Source of the DNA: Escherichia coli
GTDB taxonomy: Bacteria > Pseudomonadota > Gammaproteobacteria > Enterobacterales > Enterobacteriaceae
DNA length: 64,000 nt
Reading direction: 5' to 3' (one strand)
Assembly (NCBI RefSeq): GCF_050920415.1
Contig: NZ_CP169309.1
The translations under genes were made by a program, and so were the position numbers. Positions 62,140 through 64,000 of this stretch are shown piece by piece (position 1 is the first letter of the stretch; every line of letters starts with the position of its first letter). The notes under the pieces were generated by a model. The model worked only from the letters and a program-made list of their open reading frames with translations. It made no database searches and was not told the origin of the DNA.

Positions 62140-63507
62140 TTAGATAGCCCATCCACCCGCGTAAAATGCGACCAGTGCGGCAGTAATGATTACCGTACCA
62201 ATATTCAGCTTTTGCCATTCGCGTGCAAAGACGCGGCCTACGACCAGTGTCACAAAGCCCAGCATAATACCGGTAACGATATTACAAGTCAGAACGATAA
62301 ACACGGCACACACCAGGCCAGCCATTGCGTCAATAAAATCGTTGAAATCCAGCTTCGAGACGTTACTTAACATCAGCAAACCTACGTACATCAGAGCGGG
62401 TGCAGTGGCGTAACCAGGGATCAAAAATGACAGTGGTGATAAAAACAGAATCAACAGGAATAACGCCCCCACTACGGTTGCGGTCAACCCTGTTTTACCC
62501 CCGGCGGCGGTTCCTGCCGCTGATTCGATATAAACCGCTGCGGGCGCAGCACCCACCAGGCCGGAGAATATTGAACTTACTGAGTCACTGGTCAGGGCTT
62601 TACCGCCGTTGATGATCTGGTTGTCTTTATCTAACAAATTCGCCTGACCGGCGACGGCACGGATGGTACCGGTGGCGTCGAACACTGCGGTCATCACCAA
62701 TGCCAGTACACTCGGAAGTACAGTTGGCTGGAGTGCCCCCATAATATCGAGGCTGAAAATCAGAGACTTACCATCTTCGCCAGTCAGACTGGGCATCGCC
62801 ACCAGACCGTGGTACTTCACCGCTGGATCAAAGATTAAGCCGATGATCGAAATTGCAATAATCACCAACAAGATCCCGCCAGGTACGCGGCACTTTTCCA
62901 GACCGAAGATGACCGCCAGACCCAGTAAGCTCATCATCACCGGGAAGGAGGTAAACGCACCGAGCGCCACCGGCAAGCCTTCAATCGGGTTTTTGATAAC
63001 CATTCCCACACCGTTAGCAGCAATCAGCAGCAGAAACAGGCCGATACCGATACCTGTGCCGTGAGCGATACCCATCGGTAAATTACGTAATATCCAGGTT
63101 CGCACACCGGTTACAGAAATGGCGGTGAAGATGACGCCCATCAGAAAGACCGCACCCAGTGCGACAGGAACGCTAATTTGTTGCCCGAGTACCAGACTGA
63201 ATGCGGTAAATGCCGTTAAGGAAATAGCGCAACCAATCGCCATTGGCAAGTTGGCCCACAAGCCCATCAGCAACGAGCCGAAGCCCGCGACCAGACAGGT
63301 GGCAACAAACACAGCTGCGGGAGGAAAACCTGCTTTGCCCAGCATTCCCGGAACGACGATAACGGAATAAACCATGGCCAGAAAGGTCGTTAAGCCAGCC
63401 AGTACTTCCTGACGAACGGTACTGCCACGAGCGGTAATTTTAAAATAATTATCCAGCGCGCCTTGTGGCTTTGGTGCGTCCGGTGTTTGTAGGATGTCTC
63501 CAGACAT
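62140..63507 (-). CDS. ghxQ: guanine/hypoxanthine permease, NCS2/AzgA family (455 aa)
   Basis: ORF track. Confidence 0.85.
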   Translation of the reverse strand: MSGDILQTPDAPKPQGALDNYFKITARGSTVRQEVLAGLTTFLAMVYSVIVVPGMLGKAGFPPAAVFVATCLVAGFGSLLMGLWANLPMAIGCAISLTAFTAFSLVLGQQISVPVALGAVFLMGVIFTAISVTGVRTWILRNLPMGIAHGTGIGIGLFLLLIAANGVGMVIKNPIEGLPVALGAFTSFPVMMSLLGLAVIFGLEKCRVPGGILLVIIAISIIGLIFDPAVKYHGLVAMPSLTGEDGKSLIFSLDIMGALQPTVLPSVLALVMTAVFDATGTIRAVAGQANLLDKDNQIINGGKALTSDSVSSIFSGLVGAAPAAVYIESAAGTAAGGKTGLTATVVGALFLLILFLSPLSFLIPGYATAPALMYVGLLMLSNVSKLDFNDFIDAMAGLVCAVFIVLTCNIVTGIMLGFVTLVVGRVFAREWQKLNIGTVIITAALVAFYAGGWAI

Positions 63508-63542
63508 AATGATGTCCTCACGAGGATGTTAAAGTTTTATTA

Positions 63543-64000
63543 TTAGTTGCGTTCGTACACCAGACGACCATCAACGTAGGTGCGGTAGATCGAACGGTCA
63601 TCGCCCAACGTCATCATCACGAACAATTTGTCGACTAAAGAAACAGAGTTGTCATAGCGCAGCTGCTGTAGCGGGGTGGCGGTGGGTTCCATCACCACGA
63701 AATCAGCCTCTTTGCCAGGTAAAAAGTTGCCAATCAAATCGTCAAGGCCCAGAGATTTCGCCCCGCCGAGCGTGGCAAGGTAAAACGCTTCATATGCCGA
63801 GAGGCGATAGCCTTGTAATTGCAACACTTTGTAGGCTTCGTTCAGCGTTTGCAGCATGTTGAAAGTTGTTCCTGCGCCAATGTCAGTCCCCATGCCCACT
63901 TTGACTTTCTTCTGCCATGCTTTTTTCAAGTTGAATAAGCCACTGCCGAGGTAAAGGTTGGAGGTAGGACAGAAAGCAATGCTGGATTTGGTTTCGCTGA
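63543..64000 (-). CDS. guaD: guanine deaminase, C-terminal part; 5' end beyond window end
   Basis: ORF 63543-63929 continues in frame to window edge; amidohydrolase C-terminal motifs. Confidence 0.8.
   Translation of the reverse strand, partial: SETKSSIAFCPTSNLYLGSGLFNLKKAWQKKVKVGMGTDIGAGTTFNMLQTLNEAYKVLQLQGYRLSAYEAFYLATLGGAKSLGLDDLIGNFLPGKEADFVVMEPTATPLQQLRYDNSVSLVDKLFVMMTLGDDRSIYRTYVDGRLVYERN

Overview
The window is an enterobacterial chromosomal core segment that I recognise, from gene content and order, as the Escherichia coli metK-speAB-tktA-epd/pgk/fbaA-sbm-serA-gcvTHP-recJ-prfB/lysS-idi-purine-salvage region, in reverse orientation relative to the K-12 map (recognition from memory, not a database search). 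About 75 features are supported: roughly 60 protein genes (most starts re-anchored inside the supplied ORFs), 6S RNA (ssrS), the ibsC/sibC type I toxin-antitoxin pair, the prfB programmed +1 frameshift, and REP/BIME and ERIC repeats. Three short segments look accessory relative to K-12 as I remember it: (1) a 1.28 kb IS110-family insertion sequence (IS621-like) inserted precisely into a REP downstream of tktA; (2) an SPFH/band-7 gene with an AT-rich upstream region next to it; (3) a terminator-bounded lipoprotein gene between speA and speB. The most interesting signal is the IS element: its recombinase is split by a single-base frameshift, but its 192-nt non-coding left end is intact, folds into stem-loops whose loops carry the target (REP) sequence and the element's own end sequence, and would gain a sigma70-like promoter only when the two IS ends are joined. 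This matches the bridge-RNA-guided recombinase architecture described for IS621/IS110. No CRISPR array, tRNA or rRNA was seen. Coordinates derived by hand (repeats, terminators, RNAs) may be off by 1-2 nt.
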